64,000 bases of DNA, from contig OZ242351.1 of NCBI GenBank assembly GCA_965208675.1, positions 2,400,001 through 2,464,000 of the forward strand, written 5' to 3'. The DNA comes from Candidatus Poribacteria bacterium (GTDB lineage: Bacteria; Poribacteria; WGA-4E; PCPOR2b). The position numbers and the translations under genes are program-made. Under the pieces are notes generated by a model. The model searched no databases. It saw only the letters and a program-made list of their open reading frames with translations, and was not told the DNA's origin. Within the stretch, counting starts at the first letter, position 1. Each line of letters begins with the position of its first letter. Shown one piece after another: positions 10,120 to 21,185 of this stretch.

Positions 10120-11898
10120 CTACTCACCCCCCTTCTCCACCACAACAATCTCCCGATTCACCTCAAGATTTTCTAACACCTGCACAATCCCGCTTGGCCA
10201 GCGAATCTCAAGGCGGTCAATACGAGTATGATCGCCTAGACCAAAGAGTATCCGCGGATCGTTGCTGCTCAGATAACTCAAGCCGGTGCGCACCTCTTGC
10301 ATCTGCGATTCGGAACCTGCTGTCACCGTCACCCGCGCGCCGATACCGTCGCGATTGCTAATCGTCCCTACCAACTTAATCCGAACCCAGTTGCGCCGAT
10401 TACCACCGTCGTTTCGCAGCAACTCTGCCGGCTGGTTCGACTGCGTCACGACGATGTCGGTGTCTCCGTCGTTGTCATAGTCCCCAAATACCGCCCCGCG
10501 GCTGACGCCTTCGCGGCGGAAATACGGTCCGGTTTCAAATGACACCTCCGTAAAGGTGCCGTCGCCGTTGTTATGAAACAGTTGGTTGCGCTGCGCATAG
10601 GTGAGAACGTCCGTTACTTGGGCGATAGCCTCGATAATATGCCCGTTGGCGATGAAGATGTCGGAGTAACCATCATTGTCGTAATCGAAGAAGCGCGTGC
10701 CGAAACCCACGTATAGGTAGCTCTCCTTTCCCAAGTTCGCCTCGTAAACGATATCAGAAAACGTCCCGTCGCCGTTGTTGCGGTAGAGCGCGTTCGTCTC
10801 ATGTGACAGGTTGGTGACAAAAATATCAAGATTGCCGTCACCGTCGAAATCCCCGGCATCAACCCCCATTCCCGCTTGAGCCACACCGTCGAAGCTAAAG
10901 GCGCAGCCCGCTAGAAGTCCCGTTTCTGTAAACGTGCCATCCCCGTTGTTGTAGAAAAGGAAGTTTGGCGTGTCATCGTTCGCGACATACACATCCGGCT
11001 CGCCGTCATTGTTGAAATCCGCCGCGGCAACACCCAAACCCTTTCCGCTATGCGGACCGCCGATGCCGCCGAATCCCGCTGCTTGAGTGGCATCTGTAAA
11101 CGTTCCGTCCCCATTGTTGCGGTAAAGGCGGTCCGGCGCGCCGTCAAAGTTTTTCGGGTGGCAGTGCGTACGGATGCCGTGAACTCCGCAGGGACGATAG
11201 TTAATGTTCAGCGAATAAAGCACATAATTGGCGACGTATAGGTCGAGATAACTGTCGCGGTCATAATCAAAAAAGGTTGCGCTAGTGCCCCACAGCGCGT
11301 CTCCCACGCCCGCAGCCTCGGTGACGTCCGTAAACGTACCGTCTCCATTGTTTCGATAGAACACATTTGCGCCGAAATTCGTCACGTAAAGGTCGGGATC
11401 GCTGTCGTTGTCGTAATCGCCGCACGCAGCGCCCATCCCGTAATTGCCGGAGTTTCCCACCCCAGCCGCGTCGGTCACGTCCGTGAACGTCCCGTCGCCG
11501 TTGTTACGGTAAAGGATGCTAGTATACGTACCGTCCGAGTCGGTGCCGGTTAAGTCCCCGCTGTTCACCAGATATAGGTCCAGGTCGCCGTCAGTATCGT
11601 AGTCAAAGAATGCCCCGCCGGAACCGATTGTCTCGGGCAAATGGTAGTCGCCCTTAGCGCCGTTCACATGCCGAAAACGGATTCCCGCTTCAGCGGTGAC
11701 ATCAACGAACTGGATTTCGTGATTGTCCGCGTTAAGGCTGGCGCATTGCAGCAAAAGTATAAAGAACGAATACAGCGTAATGTACGTCTTCAACCGCCTG
11801 TATGATGGCCACAACTTTCCGCCATTTTTAGAAATCGCGCAAACTTCGTTGCCCCAATGACACTGAATTGACATGGACGGGATAACCTCTTTCTTCAC
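10120..11898 (-). CDS. CRTAC1-family protein (FG-GAP/VCBS repeats plus ASPIC/UnbV domain)
   Basis: Repeated DYDNDG..DLYV.N / LYRNNGDGTF.DVT units and C-terminal SNRDGIGARV...SYLS...FGLG...IRWPSG. Start uncertain. Confidence 0.92.
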   Translation of the reverse strand: MKKEVIPSMSIQCHWGNEVCAISKNGGKLWPSYRRLKTYITLYSFFILLLQCASLNADNHEIQFVDVTAEAGIRFRHVNGAKGDYHLPETIGSGGAFFDYDTDGDLDLYLVNSGDLTGTDSDGTYTSILYRNNGDGTFTDVTDAAGVGNSGNYGMGAACGDYDNDSDPDLYVTNFGANVFYRNNGDGTFTDVTEAAGVGDALWGTSATFFDYDRDSYLDLYVANYVLYSLNINYRPCGVHGIRTHCHPKNFDGAPDRLYRNNGDGTFTDATQAAGFGGIGGPHSGKGLGVAAADFNNDGEPDVYVANDDTPNFLFYNNGDGTFTETGLLAGCAFSFDGVAQAGMGVDAGDFDGDGNLDIFVTNLSHETNALYRNNGDGTFSDIVYEANLGKESYLYVGFGTRFFDYDNDGYSDIFIANGHIIEAIAQVTDVLTYAQRNQLFHNNGDGTFTEVSFETGPYFRREGVSRGAVFGDYDNDGDTDIVVTQSNQPAELLRNDGGNRRNWVRIKLVGTISNRDGIGARVTVTAGSESQMQEVRTGLSYLSSNDPRILFGLGDHTRIDRLEIRWPSGIVQVLENLEVNREIVVVEKGGE

Positions 11899-11950
11899 TC
11901 CGAACCCGTATTCTTCCGACTCACCTAGTTACTTTATCACTTCCTGCCCG

Positions 11951-13165
11951 TTATTCTTTTTGGGACTTGAGCTGCTGATAGGTGTGAAACGCTTCTTCCG
12001 CTTTCGCGGTGTAACCCGCGCGTTTGTAGATTTGCGCCAGATTTAGGTGGAAGGCAGGCTCGGATGGACTCAACTGGACCGCTGCTTCTAGTTGCTCAAT
12101 TGCCTTGGGATAGTTCCCTATCGTCATATAAACCGTGCCGAGGCTGTTTCGATACTGCGGAATATCGGGGTGCCGCTTAACGACATCCTCATATATCTGC
12201 ATCGCTTTCCGATAGGCTTTTAGTTGGAAATATAGGTAACCGAGCGCATCATATCCCCGCGCTTCATTGGGTCTGAGTGTGATGCACTTCCTGAACGCAC
12301 CCGCGGCGGTTTCCCAGTGGCGCCGCGCCAATTGAAGCCGTCCCAACTGATACCATGCCTCAACATCCGTATCGTCGTGGCGAACCGCACGCTCAAGGCG
12401 CGCTATCTGTTCCTCATCATTGCTAAGCCTTGCAAACGTCTCTAACGCCTTGCGGCTGTTTTCAGCCTGCCCCATTCGGCGATAACAGTTCCCGAGGTTC
12501 AGGTACGCCTTCGCGTAGAAGGGGTCTAGTTCGATAATCTTTTTGAAGTGCAAACTCGCAGCCTCGTTTTCGCCGCTTCGAAAGCGCGCCAGTCCAAGTG
12601 TATATAAGGCGTCGGTACTGGAAGGATCCAGTTCAACAGCGTGCTGCAGCTCACGGATTGCTTCTTCGACGCGGTTCTGGCGAAAGTAAGCTGTGCCCAA
12701 AAGCGAACGCACCTGGGCATGGTGGGGGTCCATCTGAAGGGCACGCTCAAGCGGTTCAACTGCCTCGTTCACGCGCGCCAGTTCTACAAGGTAAGTCTCA
12801 CCCATTCTGCAGTAGGCTTCAATATAAGCCGGGGCTGCTGCCGTAGCGTTTTGGAATGCAGCCAACGCCTTGATCCATCCGTCCCGTGCACCGTAAAGTA
12901 TGCCTAGATAATAGTGCGCGTCCGCCAATGATGAATCGAGTCTGATCGCTCGATTCAGCGATTTAAGCGCCTGTTGATGCTCCTGGCGGAAAGCCGCGCG
13001 CAAGCCCTCGTCGTAGGCGCGCGCTGCTTGCTCATCGCCAGCATCTACCGACATTGCGACCAGTAAACCCAATGAAATCATCATCCCAATAACACTCGGC
13101 TGTAAGTGCGTATACTCAATTGCTCTCTTGCTTTTACTAATCACTCTCCACTCTCCACTCTCCAC
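11951..13165 (-). CDS. Tetratricopeptide repeat protein, probably secreted; partner of the CRTAC1 gene
   Basis: Multiple A.Y.LG...Y..A...LDP TPR units. The true start is probably near 13084. Confidence 0.9.
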   Translation of the reverse strand: MESGEWRVISKSKRAIEYTHLQPSVIGMMISLGLLVAMSVDAGDEQAARAYDEGLRAAFRQEHQQALKSLNRAIRLDSSLADAHYYLGILYGARDGWIKALAAFQNATAAAPAYIEAYCRMGETYLVELARVNEAVEPLERALQMDPHHAQVRSLLGTAYFRQNRVEEAIRELQHAVELDPSSTDALYTLGLARFRSGENEAASLHFKKIIELDPFYAKAYLNLGNCYRRMGQAENSRKALETFARLSNDEEQIARLERAVRHDDTDVEAWYQLGRLQLARRHWETAAGAFRKCITLRPNEARGYDALGYLYFQLKAYRKAMQIYEDVVKRHPDIPQYRNSLGTVYMTIGNYPKAIEQLEAAVQLSPSEPAFHLNLAQIYKRAGYTAKAEEAFHTYQQLKSQKE

Positions 13166-13327
13166 TAATTACTGCTTCTATCACCCTCCACTTACCACTA
13201 TTCCTATCGCTCTCCACCGTGTTTCCGCCCGCAAAAAGTATAGATTGAATTCAGAATATATTGCAAGGGAAAACCTGTCCTGCTGCCAAATGCCAAACCC
13301 GACACTGAAGCTAGCGTATAGTCATGC

Positions 13328-13356
13328 TTGACACGATTGCGCCGCTTCGACATAAT
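13328..13356 (+). promoter_or_regulatory. Sigma70-type promoter upstream of the thermonuclease
   Basis: TTGACA, 17-nt spacer, CATAAT. Confidence 0.5.
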
Positions 13357-13382
13357 TACTGTGAACACAAATGTCCGCACGG

Positions 13383-13482
13383 TGTAGGTTGGGTTTTACT
13401 GTAGGAGAGGCATCTAAAACTATCGCACTCCCTATTCGGTCGCTTGATTCTCGACAATCGGGAGAAGGATCTCCCTCCCACA
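13383..13482. repeat. GTAG-type REP-like palindromic element (variant)
   Basis: TGTAGGTTGGGTT start, then TGTAGGAGAG...CTCCC.ATT / AATCGGGAG...CTCCCACA nested inverted repeats. Confidence 0.55.
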
Positions 13483-13687
13483 GCGTGGCTCCGTGCGAAT
13501 TTCTAGACTTGTGGGTAATAGTAAACCTGATAAGGGATCAACTGGGCGAATAGTGAAGGATCAACCGAATGAATAGTGAGGGCGATAGTTCTGGGGTCAC
13601 TGCCGAGATCCCTTTTAAATCGAATTACTATATGCAATTTCTAGTTGCAACGACTATAAATGGCATTTGTACGCATAGTGAGGACGC

Positions 13688-14173
13688 ATGAAAAAGGTAT
13701 GCGGTTGGCTCCTATTTGTGGCGTTCGTCGCCGCCGTCGGGATAGGCATCAGACTGCGCTGCGATTACAAAGCGCCGGGACACGTCGTTCTGGGTGTGGT
13801 CGATGGCGACACAATAAAGATTCGATACGGCGGGGTAGAAGAATCGGTACGGCTCCTCGGCGTCGACACGCCGGAGACGGTACACCCGGACATACCGCCG
13901 GAGCCTTACGGCGCAGAGGCTACGGCGTTTACGAAGCGGCTTCTGCAGGGAGAAAAGGTCGTCCTCCGCTTTGGGCGTAAGCAGCGTGATCGGTACGGGC
14001 GCCTGCTTGCATTTGTCTATCGTACGTCCGATAATCAGCTCGTCAATCTCGAAATCATACGGTGCGGATTCGGGCGTGTATACGGTGTCGACTTTCCTAA
14101 ACGCGGGCAATTCATCAAAGCGCAACGAGAAGCTCAAGCCGCGAAAAAGGGGATATGGGGATCAAGCGACTGA
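13688..14173 (+). CDS. Thermonuclease (SNase-like) family protein
   Basis: VVDGDTI, VRLLGVDTPET, DRYGRLLAFVY, A..AKKGIW and an N-terminal anchor. Confidence 0.95.
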   Translation: MKKVCGWLLFVAFVAAVGIGIRLRCDYKAPGHVVLGVVDGDTIKIRYGGVEESVRLLGVDTPETVHPDIPPEPYGAEATAFTKRLLQGEKVVLRFGRKQRDRYGRLLAFVYRTSDNQLVNLEIIRCGFGRVYGVDFPKRGQFIKAQREAQAAKKGIWGSSD

Positions 14174-14403
14174 TCAGGGAGCGATCAAAGGAGCGAACAG
14201 CGACTGCGATAGGTTTTTAGCATCTTCTCTCGCCTTCGCGGTAACTCAACTCTTTTGAAACCTCCCGACATCAGACAGGCATTCGGTGTCGTTATGTTTT
14301 CCCCAACTGCCAAGAGCGCTTTTTTGCCTTTACTGGCATCTGTCCGCAAGCCACTGGTCACTGGCCGTAATCTACCACTACAGAACAAGGAACAACGACT
14401 GAG

Positions 14404-15171
14404 ATGCAACTGGTTTGGCAGATTCCCTTAATTTTAATCGCCGGAATCACTGCAGGCTTCATTAACGTTATGGCAGGCGGCGGTTCGTTACTTACGCTAC
14501 CCATGCTAATCTTCCTCGGCTTGCCCGCCGCGAAAGCGAACGGCACCAATCGAATAGCTATCGCCATTCAGTGTGCAAGCGGCGTCGCGGGATTTCATCG
14601 CAAAGGGTTTTCCGACTTTCGCTTTAGCGCATTGCTGGTGCTGCCAGCAACCGCTGGCGCCTTAATCGGGGCGAATATCGCGGTTGACATGCCGGACGTT
14701 ATATTCAAAAGGGTGTTGGCGGCAATCATGGTAGGGGTGTTGGGTTTAATACTCTTCAGTTCGGCGAGACAATTGCAAGGCGAACGTGTGATTCCGCGCG
14801 TAAGTTGGAACCGCAAGATTGCCGCAATGGTTGTTTACTTTTTTATTGGTATTTACGGCGGTTTTATCCAAGCGGGCGTGGGTTTTATGATCATTGCTGC
14901 ACTGACATCAATAAACGGTTATGACCTCGTGCGTGCAAATGCGATTAAGCTGTTTGTCAGCATCTTTTACAACGTTGTTGCGCTTGGGGTCTTCATTAAG
15001 AGCGGCAATGCCGATCTGTTTTTTGGGTTAACACTTGCGCTTGGTAACGCCACTGGCGCCTGGTTCGGCAGCCATTGGGCGGTTGACAGAGGAGAAAAAT
15101 GGATTAAAGTTGTGCTTGTTGTCACCTCGTTGGCTTTTGCAATTCGCCTCGTCTGGCAAACCTTTGAGTAG
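14404..15171 (+). CDS. Sulfite exporter TauE/SafE family membrane protein
   Basis: AGFIN.MAGGGSLLTLP.L...GLP...ANGTNR and G.YGGFIQAGVG. Confidence 0.92.
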   Translation: MQLVWQIPLILIAGITAGFINVMAGGGSLLTLPMLIFLGLPAAKANGTNRIAIAIQCASGVAGFHRKGFSDFRFSALLVLPATAGALIGANIAVDMPDVIFKRVLAAIMVGVLGLILFSSARQLQGERVIPRVSWNRKIAAMVVYFFIGIYGGFIQAGVGFMIIAALTSINGYDLVRANAIKLFVSIFYNVVALGVFIKSGNADLFFGLTLALGNATGAWFGSHWAVDRGEKWIKVVLVVTSLAFAIRLVWQTFE

Positions 15172-15385
15172 CCGAATGACCGTAACCAACTGATTCGCTG
15201 CCGCTGGTCGCCGCTTTTGAATTTTGGTGAAGCGATTATTTGAGTAACGGGACTAGCCCGAATACCCCGGTATGCGGCAACTCCTATACTTCCAATGCTA
15301 AAACAATTGCCCTCGACATTTGACCGAATCCCTTTTTATTGCTTGCCGCCATCGCTAAATCAGACCACACATGACAGAAGTCTTT

Positions 15386-15635
15386 TGTAGGTTGGGTTAA
15401 GCGGTGATGACGAAAGAGAGTTTATGCGGTGCGTGCGTTTCGAGGTTAGAAAGCGTTAGAAATTTTGATAAATGGTAGCGAACCCAACGCTTTAGGATAT
15501 TGGGGAACGTATGATTTATCGGAAGCGATACGCTCAAGACTATAGTCTTCACAATTCGCTCAGTGAATCGTTGGGTTTCGCGCTATCATCGTAATCTTCA
15601 CTGGAGATAAGAACTATCGCACTACCCAACCTACA
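15386..15635. repeat. REPIN/MITE-like element (TGTAGGTTGGGTT...CCCAACCTACA)
   Basis: Terminal inverted repeats plus the internal inverted pair AGCGAACCCAACG / CGTTGGGTTTCGC. Confidence 0.85.
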
Positions 15636-15869
15636 GATACTTACATACAAAGTTTCAAGATCCTTAAACCGAATGCATCCCACGCTCATGTCGCTATGTT
15701 TGCGCCGAGAATACCGCCGCTTAGGTTTCCGCTTTACAACGCGGTGAAATTGTGGCTACAATCTCATATAGAATTAAATTTTGCACACGTCGGGGCTATC
15801 GCATTTGCTCATTGTAAAATCCTACCTGTAACCTATTGTCGGTCTGAAGGAAGGGGGTAAGTTCAAGCA

Positions 15870-16325
15870 ATGTATTTTGTTCAATACGGTCCGCTCAAAG
15901 AAAAATTGAGCAACAGATCCCTCAGAGATGACGAGGCACTGCCCTATTTGATTCTTGAAAGCGTGGTTTTAACAATCTTTTCACTAGATATATCATCGGA
16001 TGGATTGGACGCGTTCGAAATGGCAACAGTATGTCTGAGCGTTATTATCGTAATCGGGGGCCTGTATCATGTGTATGAGCAGAATGGCGGGAGAGAAGGT
16101 TACGATTTCGTCCAAAAGTATTTCATTCTGGGTTGGATAGTAGGCGTTCGAATTTTCCTAGCCTTTATTCCAGTATTCATTGTGTCTTTCGTCGTTGCCG
16201 TAAATTTGTCGCGTGCAGGTGGGGACCTGTTGGGTGTTATTTTGTACGCCATATATGATATTGTCTATTTTCAACGCCTCGGAAGGCACATCCGAGACAC
16301 GACAGGCGTTGCCACGGCAGATTGA
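15870..16325 (+). CDS. Hypothetical 4-TM membrane protein
   Basis: ORF with RBS-like AAGGGGG and four hydrophobic segments. Confidence 0.7.
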   Translation: MYFVQYGPLKEKLSNRSLRDDEALPYLILESVVLTIFSLDISSDGLDAFEMATVCLSVIIVIGGLYHVYEQNGGREGYDFVQKYFILGWIVGVRIFLAFIPVFIVSFVVAVNLSRAGGDLLGVILYAIYDIVYFQRLGRHIRDTTGVATAD

Positions 16326-16667
16326 CCACAATAAATTGCTGCCCGGTCGCGACGCGGCTGTCTGCTTGCACGGAGCGCTGTCGTCGGGCGGATTCGCCGC
16401 ATACGAGAGGATAACAAAGATTTGGACCCATTCGGAACATTTCCCTGTATCGCGGCGCAGCGGGTATGATTCGGGAGGCGGGGATTAACTTTCAATCGCA
16501 AAAGAAAGCCCTAATAAACCAACACATACGGCTTAATCGCAGGATTTACACTTAGCGCTCAAACCCGGCCGAAGATGTATCTCCTTTACCGTCTTGAGGT
16601 GTTTTAGAGCCGGAACCGGCTTGTCGTTTATCTGAAGACTGGCGTCACTCGCCGCTAATGCAGCTTT

Positions 16668-16775
16668 TGTAGGTTGGGTTAAGCGGTGATGACGAAAGAG
16701 AGTTAATGCGCTGCATGCGTTTCGATGTTAGAAAGCATTTGACATTTTGATAAGAGGTAGCGAACCCAACGCTTT
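16668..16775. repeat. Half REPIN element, close copy of 15386-15493
   Basis: TGTAGGTTGGGTTAAGCGGTGATGACGAAAGAGAG...GGTAGCGAACCCAACGCTTT shared with the 15386 copy. Confidence 0.85.
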
Positions 16776-17054
16776 TGAAAACTCCGAACGTTAGCGAAAA
16801 ATGCGTTTTGCTGAGTTTTAACCAAGCAAAAAAGCGTTACATTCGTTTTATCAGTATTCGCCGGTTGGGGGAAGGAATCCAACAACGACCGCGATAGTTT
16901 TTTAGCTCTTGCTAGGGGCTTTGGTCGAATGAACCCCAAATCAAATCCACATTTTCATCGTAAAGATTCGCGCTCGGGGTCCTAGAATTTCTCGGTACCG
17001 GGCCTTGCAAACGATAAAGACCAAGTACAACGGCTCCGCTCATTAACATATACC

Positions 17055-17306
17055 CTATCGCTCCTGCTGTTCTAAAAGGCGGTTTAATTTTTCATCTAGA
17101 GTGTCGAGCTTCTTGTTTCGGGCGGCGGTGCTGGACCAGAATACAAAGGCCCAATTGATAGAAGACCAAACGCCTATCATTACAATTACCGCTAATCCAG
17201 ACGTGCGCATAGTGGATGAGTGGAAATACGCCACAACGTTGTACACAAAAAGAAAACCCAGGAACACACCAATACCTACACAAACACTCCGAATATTTCG
17301 TTTCAC
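17055..17306 (-). CDS. Small 2-TM protein with C-terminal coiled coil
   Basis: AAAGGAG RBS upstream, hydrophobic helices and LDTLDEKLNRLL tail. Confidence 0.6.
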   Translation of the reverse strand: MKRNIRSVCVGIGVFLGFLFVYNVVAYFHSSTMRTSGLAVIVMIGVWSSINWAFVFWSSTAARNKKLDTLDEKLNRLLEQQER

Positions 17307-17482
17307 AGATTGGCTCCTTTCATTTCGTGGCGGGCAGGATTGAGGTTTTGACTGCTATGCTGTTTTCCATGAGAGACTACGGAGATATTAAAGCACGACA
17401 GCAGTTGCCGTCAACATGTCTTCGTGTTTCAGTCGGGGAATTGGAATGCGTAATCAGGTACAGGAAAAACGTTTGACGATAC

Positions 17483-17686
17483 TCACTTTGCCTCCTCGTG
17501 GTCTTTCCGCGCCTCAGTGTCTTGCTCTCGCAGACGAGATTCCAGGTCTCCCAACTCTTTCTTGAGCATGTCCTCCGTTACGAGCCCTTTTCGAATTTTG
17601 CGGACGAATGGTCTAATGACCATGAGGTCAAGTAACAAATAGCCCGCCACTATAAAGCCCAAATACCAAAAAAAATCCCAATCCAT
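17483..17686 (-). CDS. Small single-TM protein with coiled-coil tail
   Basis: MDWDFFWYLGFIVAGYLLL...LKKELGDLESRL. Start moved to the MDWD ATG. Confidence 0.6.
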   Translation of the reverse strand: MDWDFFWYLGFIVAGYLLLDLMVIRPFVRKIRKGLVTEDMLKKELGDLESRLREQDTEARKDHEEAK

Positions 17687-17693
17687 GTTATCA

Positions 17694-17903
17694 CTATTTC
17701 CTTCGCCCCATATATACAATGCCGTGATGCACTAACAAACCCACCCCGCACAGCAGCCCAACCACGGCTAACCAACGCCCAAAAACATTCATCGGCTCGT
17801 CGTACTGCCAGCTTTCAACACGAAACAACTGATACAAAAGCACAAATGTGTTGACCGCCGTGGCGACCACCGCCGCATAAATAGAATCAAACGTGTCTTT
17901 CAT
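17694..17903 (-). CDS. Small 2-TM membrane protein
   Basis: Two hydrophobic helices; co-oriented and abutting the next gene. Confidence 0.55.
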   Translation of the reverse strand: MKDTFDSIYAAVVATAVNTFVLLYQLFRVESWQYDEPMNVFGRWLAVVGLLCGVGLLVHHGIVYMGRRK

Positions 17904-18007
17904 TGGTCTGTTTTATACCAAAAAATTCACAAGCCAAAATTCGCTATTACAAGATAAGAAAATCAGGAAAACCATTCCTCTACAATGAGGACGTGATTAC
18001 GACATGG

Positions 18008-18418
18008 TTACTCATTAGCATTTGCACTGGGTTGTTTGTCTTTTATGGCAGCCTCCAGTCTGGCTAGAAGGTTGGCGGTGTCCTTAAGAGTCTCTTCAAG
18101 CTGTTGGCCTGCTTCCTTGAGCCCGTCGGCGCTGATGCCGACGGATTCAAGCTGTTTTATCATGTCTTCATTCATTCTAACGCTAGACTCACCCATAGAA
18201 ACCACTTTGGCAGTCATGTCGCGCAATTCGATTAATTCTGCGAGAGACTCGCCCGCAAATGGGACCTCGGAAACTTCCTTCGGATTACTTGCACTGCAGC
18301 CAACAATCATTACAACCGCAACGATTATAGCTGGAATGACATTAAGCAATGCAGAATTCCCTAGGAGAATTCGCATCGTCCTGTTTGTTGTGCTAAATGC
18401 GGTTTTACGGTTGGTCAT
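18008..18418 (-). CDS. Putative lipoprotein with coiled-coil body
   Basis: AAGGAGG RBS, IVGC lipobox-like motif and helical C-terminus. Confidence 0.65.
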   Translation of the reverse strand: MTNRKTAFSTTNRTMRILLGNSALLNVIPAIIVAVVMIVGCSASNPKEVSEVPFAGESLAELIELRDMTAKVVSMGESSVRMNEDMIKQLESVGISADGLKEAGQQLEETLKDTANLLARLEAAIKDKQPSANANE

Positions 18419-18618
18419 GGACACGACCTCCTTATTCTATCCGTAACTGGATTTTGTCAGTTGAATCTCTGGTTTCCTCTACAGGGCACCCTTTCTCAGT
18501 CCGAATACACCGTGCGGGCAACGGTCAACCGCAAAGGAATGATGCTGATTGGGTGTAGAGATACGTCAATATCGACGACAGAATTACCGAAAATTTCCAA
18601 TATGGCACTGAATGTAAA

Positions 18619-18647
18619 ATCGTATCACGCAATCCAGAACGTGTCAA
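18619..18647 (-). promoter_or_regulatory. Sigma70-type promoter (minus strand)
   Basis: TTGACA, 17-nt spacer, TGn-TACGAT on the minus strand. Confidence 0.5.
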
Positions 18648-18759
18648 GTTATTGCAGGGTTGGACGTGCAATCAACAGAGCAGGGGGATTAAGGGCACCA
18701 TCGGCGACTGCGATGGAAATTCCATGGGCATCGTGCGCAATCCAAACGCGAATAACTTG

Positions 18760-18990
18760 AAAAAAGGGTTGCGAAAGCGCAAGTTGCAATGGTACATTTT
18801 AACAATTGGGAAATTGTAACTTTACAGATTCTCAAAAATTTCATAGTTTTCATAGTTTCGCGCCGTTCCGATGCAGATTGGATGCGGCGCGGAAACGGGC
18901 GGCAGTCCAGTCGTGGTCAGATCTCCGCGCGGTTTTTATCGGTTCGGACGCGGCACCCTACTATAAAAACTATGAAAATTTCAAACCTTA
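18760..18990 (+). repeat. Promoter plus leader element with TTTCATAG/CTATGAAA inverted repeats (copy A)
   Basis: Homologous to the reverse complement of 32104-32345 and 32717-32959. Confidence 0.7.
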
Positions 18991-19010
18991 CTAAAATATG
19001 AGGTGAAACA

Positions 19011-19964
19011 ATGGCGACGGAAAAGTCGAAGACTACACTAAAGGCGGCGCTTCTTGGGGATGCCGAGAAGATAGGACTTTCAGAACTTAGGTCAGATGTA
19101 AGAGAGTTGTTTAAAACTACCAGCGATCGAAAGCTTGCTAATGCAGTTGTTGAACGGGTTCAGCGTTATGCGTTGGAGACAATAGTGGAAAAATATGGGG
19201 AGGACGATGACGAAGATTTTGACGATTTTAGCGAGTTGGATTCGTATTATCTGGATGAAATAAGAGAAATGGTGCGTGATGAGATGGTTTGGTACGTTTC
19301 GTCTTTTATTTCTGATTCGCACCGTGAGTTTTTTGTTCGCGCGCATGCGCAAGGCATTTCCACCTCTGATGCAGCCACAGAGTTGATGATGTCAGACGAT
19401 ACGATGAATCGATTAGCGCATGAGGACGCTATGGGGATGCAGGGACTACGGGATGCGCTGATTCCGCGTGTAGCGTATCTGAAGCCGGGGTCGGCACGGT
19501 GGCCCGAGAAGAAATACGGAGCGGTATGGCGTGAAGCGCGTGAGTCACATAGGCAGACAGTGAGCGACATTCCTTTAACCTCTAAAGAAGAGCAGATGGC
19601 GCTTCTAGCCAAACACGCTGAGCGGACAATCCGGATATTGGAGAAGAAATCGCTTGACGCGAAAGAATATCAACTGCTCACAAATTCGTTGACGCAAACT
19701 TTGAAGAACCTGCGGGAGCTATCGCAAGTGGAGGTGCCGGTTACCGAAAACCTGTCTCCGCCGCAGCTTGTTGCCGTATTGGAGCGGCTAACGCTTGCGC
19801 TGAGAGCACCAGATCAAAAGGCGATTGGAAGCGACGCTGAAGAACTTGTTGCGGCTCTGCAGAAATTAACCCTTGCACTTAAAGCGCCCGAACAGAAAAC
19901 GGACGGCAATGGTGCAAAAGCGCTGCCCGCGCCGAATGGTAATGGCGGGGATAATGCCGGCTGA
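19011..19964 (+). CDS. DUF2280-like (phage-related) helical protein
   Basis: GAGGTG RBS. Segment KKYGAVWREARESHRQTVSDIPLTSKEEQ resembles the DUF2280 'KKW..LF...R..F......IPIA.K' core (recognised by eye). Confidence 0.6.
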   Translation: MATEKSKTTLKAALLGDAEKIGLSELRSDVRELFKTTSDRKLANAVVERVQRYALETIVEKYGEDDDEDFDDFSELDSYYLDEIREMVRDEMVWYVSSFISDSHREFFVRAHAQGISTSDAATELMMSDDTMNRLAHEDAMGMQGLRDALIPRVAYLKPGSARWPEKKYGAVWREARESHRQTVSDIPLTSKEEQMALLAKHAERTIRILEKKSLDAKEYQLLTNSLTQTLKNLRELSQVEVPVTENLSPPQLVAVLERLTLALRAPDQKAIGSDAEELVAALQKLTLALKAPEQKTDGNGAKALPAPNGNGGDNAG

Positions 19965-20053
19965 ATCGAACCCGTGGCGGATTGGGAATTTGGGCGTTGG
20001 GAGAGTAGCTGAAGGGCAATTCCGTCCTAAATACATTACGCGGATTTAGTATT

Positions 20054-20433
20054 TGTAGGTTGGGCAGAGCGGAATTGATGAAACATACGTGTTATTAGTT
20101 AAACAGTGCGTACATTGAAATTGATTGGCACTGAAATGGCGGAGCGAAACCCAACGTGTTTAAAAGTCTTGATAACCGACCGACAGACGCTAACACCAGT
20201 ATGATTGGAACAGGATAAGAAATCGAGAGTATTTGGATTTCGGAGCGGTGTTTTGTAATCGGAATTTGAGAGTTTTCTGGAGGTTTTTAATTCTGAAGAC
20301 TATCGCCTTCGGTATTCGCTCAGATAATCGTTGGGTTTCGCTCTGCGTGCATTGACACCACCATCATTAGAAATTCGAAACTGTTTATTACTTCTGGAAC
20401 CGTATTGGAATTATCCGCTCTACCCAACTTACA
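20054..20433. repeat. REPIN/MITE-like element
   Basis: TGTAGGTTGGGCAGAGCGG...CCGCTCTACCCAACTTACA with internal AGCGAAACCCAACG / CGTTGGGTTTCGCT. Confidence 0.85.
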
Positions 20434-20746
20434 GAAACTTTGGAGTACCCTCGACACGAGAAGTGTGGTTTATAGCCGACATAGTCACCATCGGTTTGGC
20501 AATAGTATCCATTTACGTTCTGAAATTTAACGAAACGTGCGGTTGAAAATACTATAGCTACGCCATAATCTAAACACCCCTTCGGCAACGTCGCAATGAC
20601 TCCTGAATAGAAACCTTCCCATTCTCGGCAACACTCCTGATTGGGCATGCAAAACAACTAATTTTTCGCCGCTTAATTTCCAAATAATATGTTACCATTT
20701 CGCGCAATAAGATATTATGTATCACTGTCGTGGAAGCGGTTTAATT

Positions 20747-21109
20747 TTGACTTTGAACCAGTTGTGTTTTTCATTCAAAGGGAGAATCAACCGACGAATA
20801 TTTTGGATTTGCTCGGCAGCTATCTCTTTTGCGATTCTAGTCTCTTGCGCCGTCGGAATTTTGACGGATGGTTATGATCAATCGGATACATTGATTTTTG
20901 TGTTCATTTTGTTCCCAATTTTGGCTTCATTATTCATTGGTCTCACTGTAACCGTTAAACGACTACATGACACGAATCGATCCGGTAAGAATGCGCTCAT
21001 GGTATTTATTCCCTTTATCGGGTTCGTATATCTTCTTTTTGCTTGTGGTCTGCTCAAAGGTACAGACGGCGAGAATGATTATGGTCCTCCAGGCGATAAA
21101 ATCACTTGA
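20747..21109 (+). CDS. DUF805 family membrane protein
   Basis: FSFKGRINRR.FW, VKRLHDTNRSG, IP.IG and G..GENDYGPP. Confidence 0.9.
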   Translation: MTLNQLCFSFKGRINRRIFWICSAAISFAILVSCAVGILTDGYDQSDTLIFVFILFPILASLFIGLTVTVKRLHDTNRSGKNALMVFIPFIGFVYLLFACGLLKGTDGENDYGPPGDKIT

Positions 21110-21185
21110 ACTTCTTATGCTGCGTCTGCCGAAAATATAATCTACAAAACCTGAGGCGACCTCGTACTGTTGCACCCAGTTTTTT